Positions 9,597 to 18,858 are shown, numbered from the stretch's first letter. The stretch is 64,000 bases of DNA from Candidatus Amesbacteria bacterium (GCA_963736875.1 CAVTQH010000002.1:334663-398662), one strand, 5' to 3'. Notes: generated by a model from the sequence alone, not told the origin. Numbers and translations: made by a program.

Positions 9597-11333
9597 ATGT
9601 TTAAACAAAAAATAATCAATATATTGTCAGCCTTGCCGCTGAAATTTAACCGGCTTAAGGTTTTTTGCCGGGAAAATAATTTCAATAAATTAACTATGAC
9701 GGCAGTGCTGGTCGTATTGTTGGGGGTGGGAGTTGTTTTAACCAGGAACATCACCCGGTTATTCACCCGGGCTGTGGGTGAAACCGTGTCAGTTTATTTT
9801 GTACCTTCAAGTGCCACTCTTCCGCCTTCTGCCAGAGTCAGCATGATGCTGGACGCCAAATCCAACAGGATATTATTTACCCGGGTGGTACTGCAGTATG
9901 ATCCCGCCAAAGTGAATATTACGGGCAGTATCACTCCCGGGACGTCTTTGGGTCGGGCAGTTCTGGTAACGGATACGGCTACAGCCAACGCTACCGGCAG
10001 GGCGGTAATCGTCTTGGGGACAGCTCCTTCCGCATCCCCGCCGACGGGAATATTTGAAGTAGCCAGTTTCAGTTTGGTTGCGGTTTCCGGTCTTCCCAAC
10101 GATAGCAGCACCCTGAATTATGTCAGCTCGGAGATGGAAATTACCGAAAAAAGTGAGATTGATTTGCCTATCAGTGTAACGCCGGTTCAACTTGTACTGA
10201 ATCCCGTAAACCCCACCCAGACACCTGTTCCCAGCCTGACTCCCAGACCTACTTCCACTCCCGGACCGACTACAGGACCGGTGCCCACATCAGTGCCGGT
10301 CCCGACAGTTCCGCCTCCCGGAGGTCAGACCCTGATCTTTACACCTACTGACGATGCGGTTATATATGCCAGTAATCCGAATGCCAATGCCGGAAACGGA
10401 ATAGCCGTCAGGATAGACAATTCCCCGGTGGAGCATACCGTGATGAAATTTACCGTTTCCGGAGTCAGCGGCCGGACGGTCACGTCAGCCAAGCTCCGGC
10501 TGTACAACACCCAGGTTTCGGTATTCGGGGGTTCCTTCTACAAAGCTGCCGGTACCTGGACCCAATCCTCGGTCACCTGGAACAACGCTCCCCAGATATC
10601 AAATCTCATCACCTCTTTGGGAGCAGTCGGTTCGGGCAAGTGGTATGAAGTTGATATGACTTCTTACATAATTGCAGACGGCACCTACTCTTTGAGGATT
10701 ACCTCAAATACCGGTGACGGGGCTGACTACTCTTCCAGGGAAGGCAGTAATCCTCCCCAGCTGGTGGTTACCGTTTCCGGACCGACTACAGAACCGGTGC
10801 CCACATCCACACCGATAATATTACCTACAAACTATCCCACATCAGTGCCGGTCCCGACAGTTCCGCCTCCCGGAGGTCAGACCCTGACCTTTACACCTAC
10901 GGACGATGCGGTTATATATGCCAGTAATCCGAATGCCAATGCCGGAAACGGAATAGCCGTCAGGATAGACAATTCCCCGGTGGAGCATACCGTGATGAAA
11001 TTTACCGTTTCCGGAGTCAGCGGCCGGACGGTCACGTCAGCCAAGCTCCGGCTGTACAACACCCAGGTTTCGGTATTCGGGGGTTCCTTCTACAAAGCTG
11101 CCGGTACCTGGACCCAATCCTCGGTCACCTGGAACAACGCTCCCCAGATATCAAATCTCATCACCTCCCTGGGAGCAGTCGGTTCGGGCAAGTGGTATGA
11201 AGTTGATATGACTTCTTACATAATTGCAGACGGCACCTACTCTTTGAGGATTACCTCAAATACCGGTGACGGGGCTGACTACTCTTCCAGGGAAGGCAGT
11301 AATCCCCCTCAGCTGGTGGTCACTTTAGAGTGA
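9597..11333 (+). CDS. Membrane-anchored cohesin-like protein with two tandem DNRLRE/CBM96-like modules
   Basis: TM VLVVLLGVGVVL; cohesin-like segment (LQYDPAKV...GIFEVASFSL); Pro/Thr linker; two copies of PTDDA...VTSAKLRLY...W....VTWNNAP...PQLVVT. Start could be a later ATG. Confidence 0.8.
   Translation: MFKQKIINILSALPLKFNRLKVFCRENNFNKLTMTAVLVVLLGVGVVLTRNITRLFTRAVGETVSVYFVPSSATLPPSARVSMMLDAKSNRILFTRVVLQYDPAKVNITGSITPGTSLGRAVLVTDTATANATGRAVIVLGTAPSASPPTGIFEVASFSLVAVSGLPNDSSTLNYVSSEMEITEKSEIDLPISVTPVQLVLNPVNPTQTPVPSLTPRPTSTPGPTTGPVPTSVPVPTVPPPGGQTLIFTPTDDAVIYASNPNANAGNGIAVRIDNSPVEHTVMKFTVSGVSGRTVTSAKLRLYNTQVSVFGGSFYKAAGTWTQSSVTWNNAPQISNLITSLGAVGSGKWYEVDMTSYIIADGTYSLRITSNTGDGADYSSREGSNPPQLVVTVSGPTTEPVPTSTPIILPTNYPTSVPVPTVPPPGGQTLTFTPTDDAVIYASNPNANAGNGIAVRIDNSPVEHTVMKFTVSGVSGRTVTSAKLRLYNTQVSVFGGSFYKAAGTWTQSSVTWNNAPQISNLITSLGAVGSGKWYEVDMTSYIIADGTYSLRITSNTGDGADYSSREGSNPPQLVVTLE
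10284..11320 (+). repeat. Near-identical intragenic direct repeat: about 10284-10768 and 10836-11320 (offset 552 nt)
   Basis: Copies differ at only a few positions (atc/acc, act/acg, tctttg/tccctg, cctccc/ccccct); duplicate shadow ORFs at 10325 and 10877. Confidence 0.97.
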
Positions 11334-11420
11334 TTTCTCTGATGGTAGTGAATTATTTGGGGATTTGATTGCCGAACACAAATAAGCTCAAGACATAGGC
11401 CTTATTTAGTATAATAAGCC

Positions 11421-11765
11421 ATGGCGGTGGAATACCATATTTGTCTTACCATCCGTCCGGACCGGGAAGAGGAACTGGTATCTTTATCCCGTGTCCACTC
11501 CCGGTTCGTTTCCCGCTCCCCAGGCCGAAGCGCTTGGTTATATGACGCTCAAAACAGAACTTTGCATCATACCGTCGGCGGTGAACGGACGTTGTTAACC
11601 CGGATTACCAACAATTATGTATCCGGCAGACTTTTAGACATTGACCAGCTGGGACCGGACTCCCTTAATGTGGCTATTGTCGTTGATAAATCCGAACTGG
11701 AACGTCTTGAATCCGATACCGACCACTTCCTAATAAGCGCTCTTATTTCCTATCCATGTATATGA
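11421..11765 (+). CDS. Hypothetical protein
   Basis: 114-aa ORF; TATAAT 5 nt upstream of ATG. Confidence 0.6.
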   Translation: MAVEYHICLTIRPDREEELVSLSRVHSRFVSRSPGRSAWLYDAQNRTLHHTVGGERTLLTRITNNYVSGRLLDIDQLGPDSLNVAIVVDKSELERLESDTDHFLISALISYPCI

Positions 11766-11786
11766 TATAGTCGCCCGGAAATATTT

Positions 11787-12623
11787 ATGCCGACTGCAGA
11801 AAATGTTCATGGATTTGGTATAGCCGGTTTACCGGTAGCCGAAAGTTATGACACCCGGATTAACGGAAAGTCCATAGCTGCGCATTTTGACCGGTTGGTA
11901 AAGGACACACGGACATCGCCATTCAATGAATATTTTGATGAAACACTCCTGGATCTTTTAAGCAGGTTGGAAATACCTCAGGATTTCACCATGCTTGATA
12001 TAGGCTGCGGAAATGGTAAAACTTTAGCCCGGATCAGCCGCGATTTTACCCCTCGTCCCGGCAAACTTATGGGGTTTGATGTGTCACGGGAGATGGTATC
12101 AATTGCCGGAAGCAATTACCCGTTTCTCGAAATTTCAGGCGGTGACATGAGGAATATATTACCGGAAAGGGATAAGATAGCCGATGTCATTACCAGTGTA
12201 AATACAATTCATTACCTCCCGACACTAAAAGATGTAGCCGAAACTTACGATACAGCATTTCGGTTGCTTAAGCCGGGTGGATGGTACATTCTGGTTACGG
12301 GTGATCAGGCATCAACTTCCCGGTGGCGAGACATGTCGTTGGACCAATTTCATGAATGGATCGCCGATGGTCGTAAACCCATGGATTGGTCAATGCCTGA
12401 TAGCGAGGGCCGGCCGGTTTTTCGTATGCAATTTTATCCGTATCTGAATGAGGAGCATAAGTCTGCCCTGGAGACAGCCGGTTTTAATCCCGTTAAGGAA
12501 TATAGACAGTACCCCCCAAGCCAAAACATTGCCGAACTTAACAAAAATGTATACGAACTTCTCAGTCAGGATCCGATTTTTGTTTTTTTTGTGGCCCAAA
12601 AACCAAGCCGATGGAATGTATAA
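11787..12623 (+). CDS. Class I SAM-dependent methyltransferase
   Basis: MLDIGCGNG motif I, GFDVSREMV, GDM, LLKPGGW. Confidence 0.9.
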   Translation: MPTAENVHGFGIAGLPVAESYDTRINGKSIAAHFDRLVKDTRTSPFNEYFDETLLDLLSRLEIPQDFTMLDIGCGNGKTLARISRDFTPRPGKLMGFDVSREMVSIAGSNYPFLEISGGDMRNILPERDKIADVITSVNTIHYLPTLKDVAETYDTAFRLLKPGGWYILVTGDQASTSRWRDMSLDQFHEWIADGRKPMDWSMPDSEGRPVFRMQFYPYLNEEHKSALETAGFNPVKEYRQYPPSQNIAELNKNVYELLSQDPIFVFFVAQKPSRWNV

Positions 12624-12632
12624 TCAAGATCA

Positions 12633-12902
12633 ATGGCTGACCTGAACGTACTGGAAAAAAGGATTAACGAACTGGAGAAGAGACTGTTCAGGCTTGAGGG
12701 TGACAAAGAGTGGATGGACGGGCTTTACAGGAAAGCCGAAGAGCTGGTTGTTAAAAATAATAAAGCCTCAGTAATATTCCTGCAGAGAAAATTGATGATC
12801 GATCTTGAAAGAGCTGCCGGACTGTTGGACAAGCTTGAATCAAACGGGATAATTGGACCGGCATTGGGGGTAGAACCGAGAAAAGTACTGGCTAAAAAGT
12901 AG
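12633..12902 (+). CDS. Small protein: coiled coil plus stand-alone FtsK gamma (winged-helix) domain
   Basis: LYRKAEELVV...KAS..FLQRKL.I...RAA.LLDKLE..GIIGP..G..PRKVL matches the FtsK-gamma pattern; no motor domain. Confidence 0.8.
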   Translation: MADLNVLEKRINELEKRLFRLEGDKEWMDGLYRKAEELVVKNNKASVIFLQRKLMIDLERAAGLLDKLESNGIIGPALGVEPRKVLAKK

Positions 12903-14196
12903 GAAGCGAAAATTCTTCCGTATGAATATGTGAATTCTTCACTTTTTTTATATGAAGCTGTTTTTTCATAGCTACCATCAGAGCGGTGGGACCGCATACG
13001 AATATTTCCCGGTCGGAAAAATCCTTAACGTCGCCGGCTATCGTTTCCACAGTCAACCTCCCTTTTTTTGCTGACAGATGCAGGTGGAATTTGAATTCAG
13101 GGTTGATGGCAGCAATTTGCTCAAATATATCCCTGTATACAGCCTCTTCGGTATCTTTCACGCTGTAATAAAAATCCACAGAAAATCCCTCGTGCATTTC
13201 CAGACTTTTTGCCAAAGACACAAACGGAGTTACCCCTATCCCCCCGGCTATCCAAATCTGTTTTTTATACGGGTAAAACTTATAACTGAATCGGCCGAAT
13301 GCACCCTCCACTAACACCGGCACCCCGGGTTTTAAAAGCTTTAATGTTTCCGTAAAGTCGCCTAATGCTTTGACTCCTACAGTGAGCGTTGTTTCACCTT
13401 CGGCACAGGTTAATGAAAACGGATGGGACTGGTGCGCCACTCCGCGGGAACTTGGTAGGATATAAATAAACTGCCCGGCCGCATAGTCTATCCCGCCTCC
13501 CAGTCCCGGGGTGATTGAAATTTCAAGTACATCCCTGGTCAGGTTTTTAATTCCGGTGACGATATATGCTTTTTTCGGTACTAACCACTGATTAAGCAAT
13601 GTCCTGTATGTGTAGCTGACAAGAGCGGCTCCGGCTAACACTAAAAGATAAACTTTTAATGCTGGAGACAGAGCCAGCGTGCTTCCGATCAGAAATACAT
13701 GCAGGCTGGCTAAAATAAACGCCAGTCCCAGGTACTGGTGGGTTTTTTTCCAAAAGTCATATTCCAGCTTTACAAAAAGCGTCAGCACCAACAACAAAAT
13801 CATAAGTAATAGGGCAATAATTCCCAAGTACACAGGTAAATTCTGCACATCCGGCCATAATAAATTTACAGCAGCCGGTAGGGAAATGGACGCATAAGAC
13901 AATGTAATCAGTAGCGGGTGGTAAAGGATGAGCACAAAAGCGGTCGCTCCCGTCAGGTGGTGCCAAATATATGCCCGGGGTAATCCGGCGAAAACCGGTT
14001 CGATTACTTTTAGCCGCGCAGAAATTACAAAATTAAGACAATACAGACAATATCCGATCAAAGCTGTCGCTTGCCCCAGCGCCAGACTTGCTCGTGAAAA
14101 AGTAGAAAAATTTGCATGAGACCACCACCAAAAAAGCGGTATTATGGCCAGTATGCTTAAAATTACCGGCCCGGTTCTCCCGATATATTTTGTCAT
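12892..14196 (-). CDS. Ferric reductase-like transmembrane protein with FAD/NAD(P)-binding domain
   Basis: TM helices with heme-type His (WHH, YHP, THQ, LHV); AGQF, HPFS, EGAFGRF, WIAGGIGVTPF, FVCGP, EEF. Confidence 0.9.
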   Translation of the reverse strand: MTKYIGRTGPVILSILAIIPLFWWWSHANFSTFSRASLALGQATALIGYCLYCLNFVISARLKVIEPVFAGLPRAYIWHHLTGATAFVLILYHPLLITLSYASISLPAAVNLLWPDVQNLPVYLGIIALLLMILLLVLTLFVKLEYDFWKKTHQYLGLAFILASLHVFLIGSTLALSPALKVYLLVLAGAALVSYTYRTLLNQWLVPKKAYIVTGIKNLTRDVLEISITPGLGGGIDYAAGQFIYILPSSRGVAHQSHPFSLTCAEGETTLTVGVKALGDFTETLKLLKPGVPVLVEGAFGRFSYKFYPYKKQIWIAGGIGVTPFVSLAKSLEMHEGFSVDFYYSVKDTEEAVYRDIFEQIAAINPEFKFHLHLSAKKGRLTVETIAGDVKDFSDREIFVCGPTALMVAMKKQLHIKKVKNSHIHTEEFSLPTF

Positions 14197-14205
14197 CACC
14201 GGATT

Positions 14206-14215
14206 ATTATATAAT
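14206..14215. promoter_or_regulatory. Palindromic bidirectional -10 element ATTATATAAT
   Basis: Reads TATAAT on both strands between divergent starts at 14196/14199 (-) and 14232 (+). Confidence 0.55.
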
Positions 14216-14231
14216 GATAACTTCTGTACAG

Positions 14232-14315
14232 ATGAAATCCGTCAAAATCATTACTGCTGTTTCTTTATCCGTCTTCATAGTTACTCAAGCAGGTATATTG
14301 ACGAAACAATACTGA
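14232..14315 (+). CDS. Putative 27-aa hydrophobic peptide translationally coupled to the next gene
   Basis: MKSVKIITAVSLSVFIVTQAGILTKQY; its TGA overlaps the downstream ATG (TGATG). Confidence 0.4.
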   Translation: MKSVKIITAVSLSVFIVTQAGILTKQY

Positions 14316-14890
14316 TGACTGCCAGAACACATGATATGTTTGCTTTGGCCTCCCTTGTTACGGTGGCTAACTATTTTCCCCCTCCATCGCTCAAGCTCGC
14401 CACCGTGGTTGCTTGTCTGGTTGGTTGTATTGTCGGATCACTTGTTCCGGATATGGATCAGGCAACCAACCGTCTTTGGGATCTCGTTCCCGGAGGGGAT
14501 TTTACCGGAAAAATATTCAAGAAATTCTTATTAAGTCATCGGACCTTATCCCACTCGCTTTTAGGTACCTACCTGTTTTACTTGCTACTTAATTGGTTAA
14601 TCCCTAAAGTATTCAATCCCCAATTTGTAGATCCCCGGATGGTCATATATTCGATAATGATTGGATTTGTTTCTCATTTATTAGCAGATAGTCTGACTAC
14701 TGAAGGTTTACCTTTGTTTTTTCCGCTTGGTTTTAAAATCGGTTTTCCGCCGTTTGCATCCTTACGCATAAAAACCGGCAGCTGGATCGAAAACCTGATC
14801 TTTTTTCCCGGGATAATAATTTATCTTTTTATTTTTGCAGCTGCATATCAAAATCAATTAATTATTTTATTGAAATCCGTTATAAGTTGA
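14315..14890 (+). CDS. YdjM-type membrane metal-dependent hydrolase
   Basis: MTARTH, GSLVPDMD, HRTLSHS, SHLLADSLT..G.PLFFP motifs. Confidence 0.88.
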   Translation: MTARTHDMFALASLVTVANYFPPPSLKLATVVACLVGCIVGSLVPDMDQATNRLWDLVPGGDFTGKIFKKFLLSHRTLSHSLLGTYLFYLLLNWLIPKVFNPQFVDPRMVIYSIMIGFVSHLLADSLTTEGLPLFFPLGFKIGFPPFASLRIKTGSWIENLIFFPGIIIYLFIFAAAYQNQLIILLKSVIS

Positions 14891-14930
14891 CAAATATTAT
14901 TTATACCTGTGTTAGAATAAATCAGGAAAC

Positions 14931-15431
14931 ATGGACAAAAAGACATTAATTATCTTAATAATCGTTTTGATAGCGTTTGTCGTCGGCGGTGTCTATTTTT
15001 ATAAGCCGTCCAAACCCAATCCCCAACCCCTTCCTTCTCCTGTTCCTACCGAACAACCGATTTTAGGAGGCGATCGTGATGAGCACGGGTGTATCGGTTC
15101 AGCCGGGTACAGCTGGTGTGAAGCTAAAAGTAAATGTATCCGGATTTGGGAGGAGGATTGTAATTCCCGGGAGGCAATACAAAAAGCTCTGGCTGAAAAG
15201 GAAAAACAACCTGTTTCTGAAACTTTCATCAGAGTTAACCATGAGAACGCCGGATACGCTTCGGGCGGGGTCTCTTTCGGAGCCGAAAATGCTCCGGGTG
15301 GGGTGTTTTTGGCAGCCAAAATAAATAATAATTGGCAGATTGTCTTTGCCGGAAACGGCAGCATCAATTGTCCCGAGATCAAAAAGCTTTACGAATTTCC
15401 CCCGGAAATGCTTCAGAATTTCTGCGACTAG
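14931..15431 (+). CDS. Membrane-anchored protein with Cys-rich GGDRDEHGCIGSAGYSWC module
   Basis: N-terminal TM, Pro linker, four-Cys module, C-terminal domain with two Cys. Confidence 0.75.
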   Translation: MDKKTLIILIIVLIAFVVGGVYFYKPSKPNPQPLPSPVPTEQPILGGDRDEHGCIGSAGYSWCEAKSKCIRIWEEDCNSREAIQKALAEKEKQPVSETFIRVNHENAGYASGGVSFGAENAPGGVFLAAKINNNWQIVFAGNGSINCPEIKKLYEFPPEMLQNFCD

Positions 15432-15469
15432 TTCTTGACGCTACCTATAATCATCGGATAATAGAATAA

Positions 15470-17176
15470 GTGGACCCGAACGGAGTCGGAAAATACATTT
15501 CAGACAGCCTGAAGACAGGTAAATCAAAATCAGAAATATCGGGTGCCCTGCGCACCAGCGGCTGGAAAGAAGAAGATATCACTTTGGCTTTTAATCAGGC
15601 AGATAGCCAATTTACCGTTCAAAGTGGGGTAGAATTTGAAGGTAGATTTTTAGGTCCGGTAGAGCTTCTAAAAATATCTTGGAAATTATATACAGACAGA
15701 TTCTGGACTTTGATGGGAATTTGGTTGCTTCCGTTTATGATTTTTACTGCCATAGGTATTTTATTTACTGTTTTTAGATCAGCTTTTTTGTCATCTGCTG
15801 GTGGAATACTTTTTACCTCTTTATCCATTCTGGTTTTTATTTGGGGAATTATTTTTTCACCCTGGCAATCTATGGCTCTGATTTACGCCATAATTGGGGC
15901 TGAAAATAAAGCAGGTATTAAAGATTCTTTTATCAACACCCGTTCTAAAATCTTATCCTACTGGAGGATGTTTATTTTACAGGGGGCAATATTGTGGGGA
16001 ACGTGTTTACTGTTTTTCATCCCCGGTTTGATTTTTGCCGTATGGACCTCGTTTTCCTATTACATTTTGGTAGCCGAGGATCTTAGGGGTATGAACATTT
16101 TGCTCAAAAGCCGCGAATATGTCAGAGGCCATTGGTGGGGGGTGGTCGGAAGAATGCTGGCATTGGGTATATTTATATTCTGTGGTCTTATCCCCGTATT
16201 AATTATTAGGAATGTTTTTACCGGCATCATTGATTCCAAATTACTTGGTACTTTTAATTCCCTTCTGAATTTGATTTTGGCTCCTCTTACTCCTCTGTTT
16301 TTGATTTACTCCTACGAAATCTACAGAAATTTGCGGGAACTGAAAGGTAATGTTGTTTTTGAGCCATCCATAAGCACCCGCAGATGGTGGACAGTATTCG
16401 GTATCCTGGGCATTTTAATAGCACCTTTATCATTATTAGCTACAATTATTTTAATAGGTATTAATCCCGGTAGACAGATGTCCTTATCGCGTGATACCAG
16501 ACGAAAAGCGGATTTATCAGCATTGAAGAACACCGTGGAGATGTACAAGATTGAGAAACACCAATATCCGGCGTCACTTAATGAGTTATCTCCTGATTAT
16601 TTTCAGGAATTGCCATCCGATCCACAAACGCATTTAGCTTATAAATATCAGCTATCAGCTGATGGGCGGAATTTCCTGCTGTGTGCTATCTTTGAGATTG
16701 GCGGAGAAGACTGTCTACAGTCAGATACTATACCCGGTGAAATACGGGACATTTTACCAATTCCCTCTCAAAACTTACCAGCTTCAACATCTCCATTACT
16801 TTCCGCTTCGCCTTATCCAACAGTTTCACCCAAGCCAATTAATCATTTTCAATCAGCCGGTGAACAAATAATCGAAACGGGGATTACTGCCCATATCACC
16901 AGTGCCGAAATTGAAGGGAATAAGATGGTAGTATCGATGATTTATCGGAATACGAGCACCTATCCGCAAAAAGTCGCTTCATTAAGAGTAGCTATGTATA
17001 GCAAATCATATGGTTCTCCCAGTACTCCGTCATATACGGATATTCCTCTATCCCCGGGACAAAGCAGGCAATTTACTTTATCCTTCGAAATCTTTTCAGA
17101 ACTTCCCCCCTACACTTTCCGATATGCCAAGCTGGAAGAGGCTCCGGCAGTGGTTTTAGGCACTTATTCGCCCTGA
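15470..17176 (+). CDS. Polytopic membrane protein fused to a GspG/type IV pilin-like domain and an Ig-like domain
   Basis: Multiple TMs with LLKSREYVRGHWWGV; then GINP..SRDTRRKADL...VEMY.....YP..L..L...Y...LPSDP; GTG start with TTGACG-16-GATAAT upstream. Confidence 0.75.
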   Translation: MDPNGVGKYISDSLKTGKSKSEISGALRTSGWKEEDITLAFNQADSQFTVQSGVEFEGRFLGPVELLKISWKLYTDRFWTLMGIWLLPFMIFTAIGILFTVFRSAFLSSAGGILFTSLSILVFIWGIIFSPWQSMALIYAIIGAENKAGIKDSFINTRSKILSYWRMFILQGAILWGTCLLFFIPGLIFAVWTSFSYYILVAEDLRGMNILLKSREYVRGHWWGVVGRMLALGIFIFCGLIPVLIIRNVFTGIIDSKLLGTFNSLLNLILAPLTPLFLIYSYEIYRNLRELKGNVVFEPSISTRRWWTVFGILGILIAPLSLLATIILIGINPGRQMSLSRDTRRKADLSALKNTVEMYKIEKHQYPASLNELSPDYFQELPSDPQTHLAYKYQLSADGRNFLLCAIFEIGGEDCLQSDTIPGEIRDILPIPSQNLPASTSPLLSASPYPTVSPKPINHFQSAGEQIIETGITAHITSAEIEGNKMVVSMIYRNTSTYPQKVASLRVAMYSKSYGSPSTPSYTDIPLSPGQSRQFTLSFEIFSELPPYTFRYAKLEEAPAVVLGTYSP

Positions 17177-17288
17177 AAGGTACTTATTGTACCAAAACCA
17201 ACAGTACCAGAAGTTTCATCGGAATTTCTTCCTGCGTCGACTTATAACATATTCTTCACCGAAATCCTGATAGCTATATAATGTTCTG

Positions 17289-18251
17289 ATGACCACGTGG
17301 CGAAAAATTAAGGAAAATCCGGATTTAATCCCTAAATACCTTATCCGGGAGAAAGTGATTGATACTATCAGGAATTTTTTTAAACAGCAGGGTTTTCATG
17401 AAGTCCAGACTCCGATTCTGGTACCCGTTCCCAGTGCCGAATCCAATCTTGAAGTATTCGAAACTGCCTTAACCACGGCTGCCGGTAAAAGCCGCCGGGC
17501 TTTTCTTATCCTAAGTCCGGAATATGCCCTGAAAAAACTGGTTTCCGCCGGTTTGGGTAATATTTTTGAAATCACCAGAAGCTTCAGAAACCTGGAGGAG
17601 GTGTCCCCCACCCACAATCCTGAATTTACCATGCTGGAATGGTACCGGGTGGGAGCGGATTACAGAAATATTATGGAAGATTTTGAAAATTTATTTTTAA
17701 AAATCATAGGCAAAAACAAAATGATCTATCAGAATGAGGAATACGATTTGAGCTTGCCGTGGCCCAGAATTAGTTTTTCCGAGGCTTTCAAAAAATATGC
17801 CGGAAAAAACCTCAAGGATGTTCCGGATGAAGATTTTTACCAGGTTTTTTTCAACGAAATTGAACCACAGCTTCGGGCCAGCCATAAACCCGCTTTTATT
17901 TATGATTACCCCGTCTCCCAGGCATCCCTTGCCCGAAAAAAATCGTCCGATCCGCGTTTTGCCGAGAGGTGGGAGGTTTTTATTGCCGGGATTGAATTGG
18001 GAAATTGTTTCTCGGAGTTAACCGACTGGAAAGAGCAGTCAGGACGGCTTAAGGCGGATATCAAAAAGCGTAAACGTCTGAAAAAAACAGCCTTTCCCGT
18101 GGATGCTGATTTTATTGACGCTTTGAAGTCCGGAATGCCTGAAACTGCCGGCATTGCCGTCGGAGTCGACAGGCTGGTCATGCTGGCTGCCGATACCGCC
18201 ACTGTTTCAGAAACCTTATTTTTCCCCGGGGACGAACTATTTGACCTCTGA
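17289..18251 (+). CDS. epmA: EF-P lysine aminoacylase EpmA/GenX
   Basis: LysRS2-like catalytic core without anticodon domain: EVQTP, SPEYALKKL, FRN.E....HNPEFTMLEWY, IELGNCFSELTD, GIAVGVDRL; adjacent to efp. Confidence 0.93.
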   Translation: MTTWRKIKENPDLIPKYLIREKVIDTIRNFFKQQGFHEVQTPILVPVPSAESNLEVFETALTTAAGKSRRAFLILSPEYALKKLVSAGLGNIFEITRSFRNLEEVSPTHNPEFTMLEWYRVGADYRNIMEDFENLFLKIIGKNKMIYQNEEYDLSLPWPRISFSEAFKKYAGKNLKDVPDEDFYQVFFNEIEPQLRASHKPAFIYDYPVSQASLARKKSSDPRFAERWEVFIAGIELGNCFSELTDWKEQSGRLKADIKKRKRLKKTAFPVDADFIDALKSGMPETAGIAVGVDRLVMLAADTATVSETLFFPGDELFDL

Positions 18252-18279
18252 AGTATTGGAGAATAAAATTAGTCTTCGT

Positions 18280-18858
18280 ATGGCTACAATTAATGCGGGA
18301 AATATTACCAAAGGGACTTATATTATGTATAAGGACGCCCCGCATCTGGTTACCAAAGCCGAATTTATGGCCCCCGGTAAAGGCTCTCCGATTATGCGGG
18401 TAAAACTCAGGCACACCAAAACCGGATCAGCCAGTGAATTTACTTTTAAGACCAATGAGTCGGTGGAAGTGGCCGATGTGAATAAGAAAGAAATGCAGTT
18501 TATTTACCGCGATGGTGATGAAGTGGTCTTTATGGACCCGAAAACTTACGAACAGGCATCCGTCCCCATATCGCTGGTGGGGGATCAATTGGGATATTTG
18601 ATTCCGGACATCAAATGCTGGGTATTGTGGTACGAAGGTGATGCCATCGGCATTGATTTACCCCCGCATGTGGATCTGCTGGTAACCGATGCCCCCGAAG
18701 GCATCGCCGGAAACCGGATTAATGCCCCCAAGCGGTTAGTCAAACTGGAAACAGGTATCGAAGTTCTGGCCCCCCTTTTTATCAAAACAGGTGACAAAAT
18801 TACCATCGATACGGGATCAGGTGAATATCTCTCCCGGGTAACGAATTCTTCTAAATAG
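18280..18858 (+). CDS. efp: Elongation factor P
   Basis: PGKG loop with modifiable Lys, FMDPKTYEQ, LETG..V.APLFIKTGD.I.IDT.SGEYLSR. Confidence 0.97.
   Translation: MATINAGNITKGTYIMYKDAPHLVTKAEFMAPGKGSPIMRVKLRHTKTGSASEFTFKTNESVEVADVNKKEMQFIYRDGDEVVFMDPKTYEQASVPISLVGDQLGYLIPDIKCWVLWYEGDAIGIDLPPHVDLLVTDAPEGIAGNRINAPKRLVKLETGIEVLAPLFIKTGDKITIDTGSGEYLSRVTNSSK

Noticed and set aside
14144-14314. Long N-terminal extensions from the ORF track (14144, 18154, 27886, 37722, 45478, 48022)
   Set aside because: They overlap neighbouring genes; family motifs and -10 positions favour the later starts used
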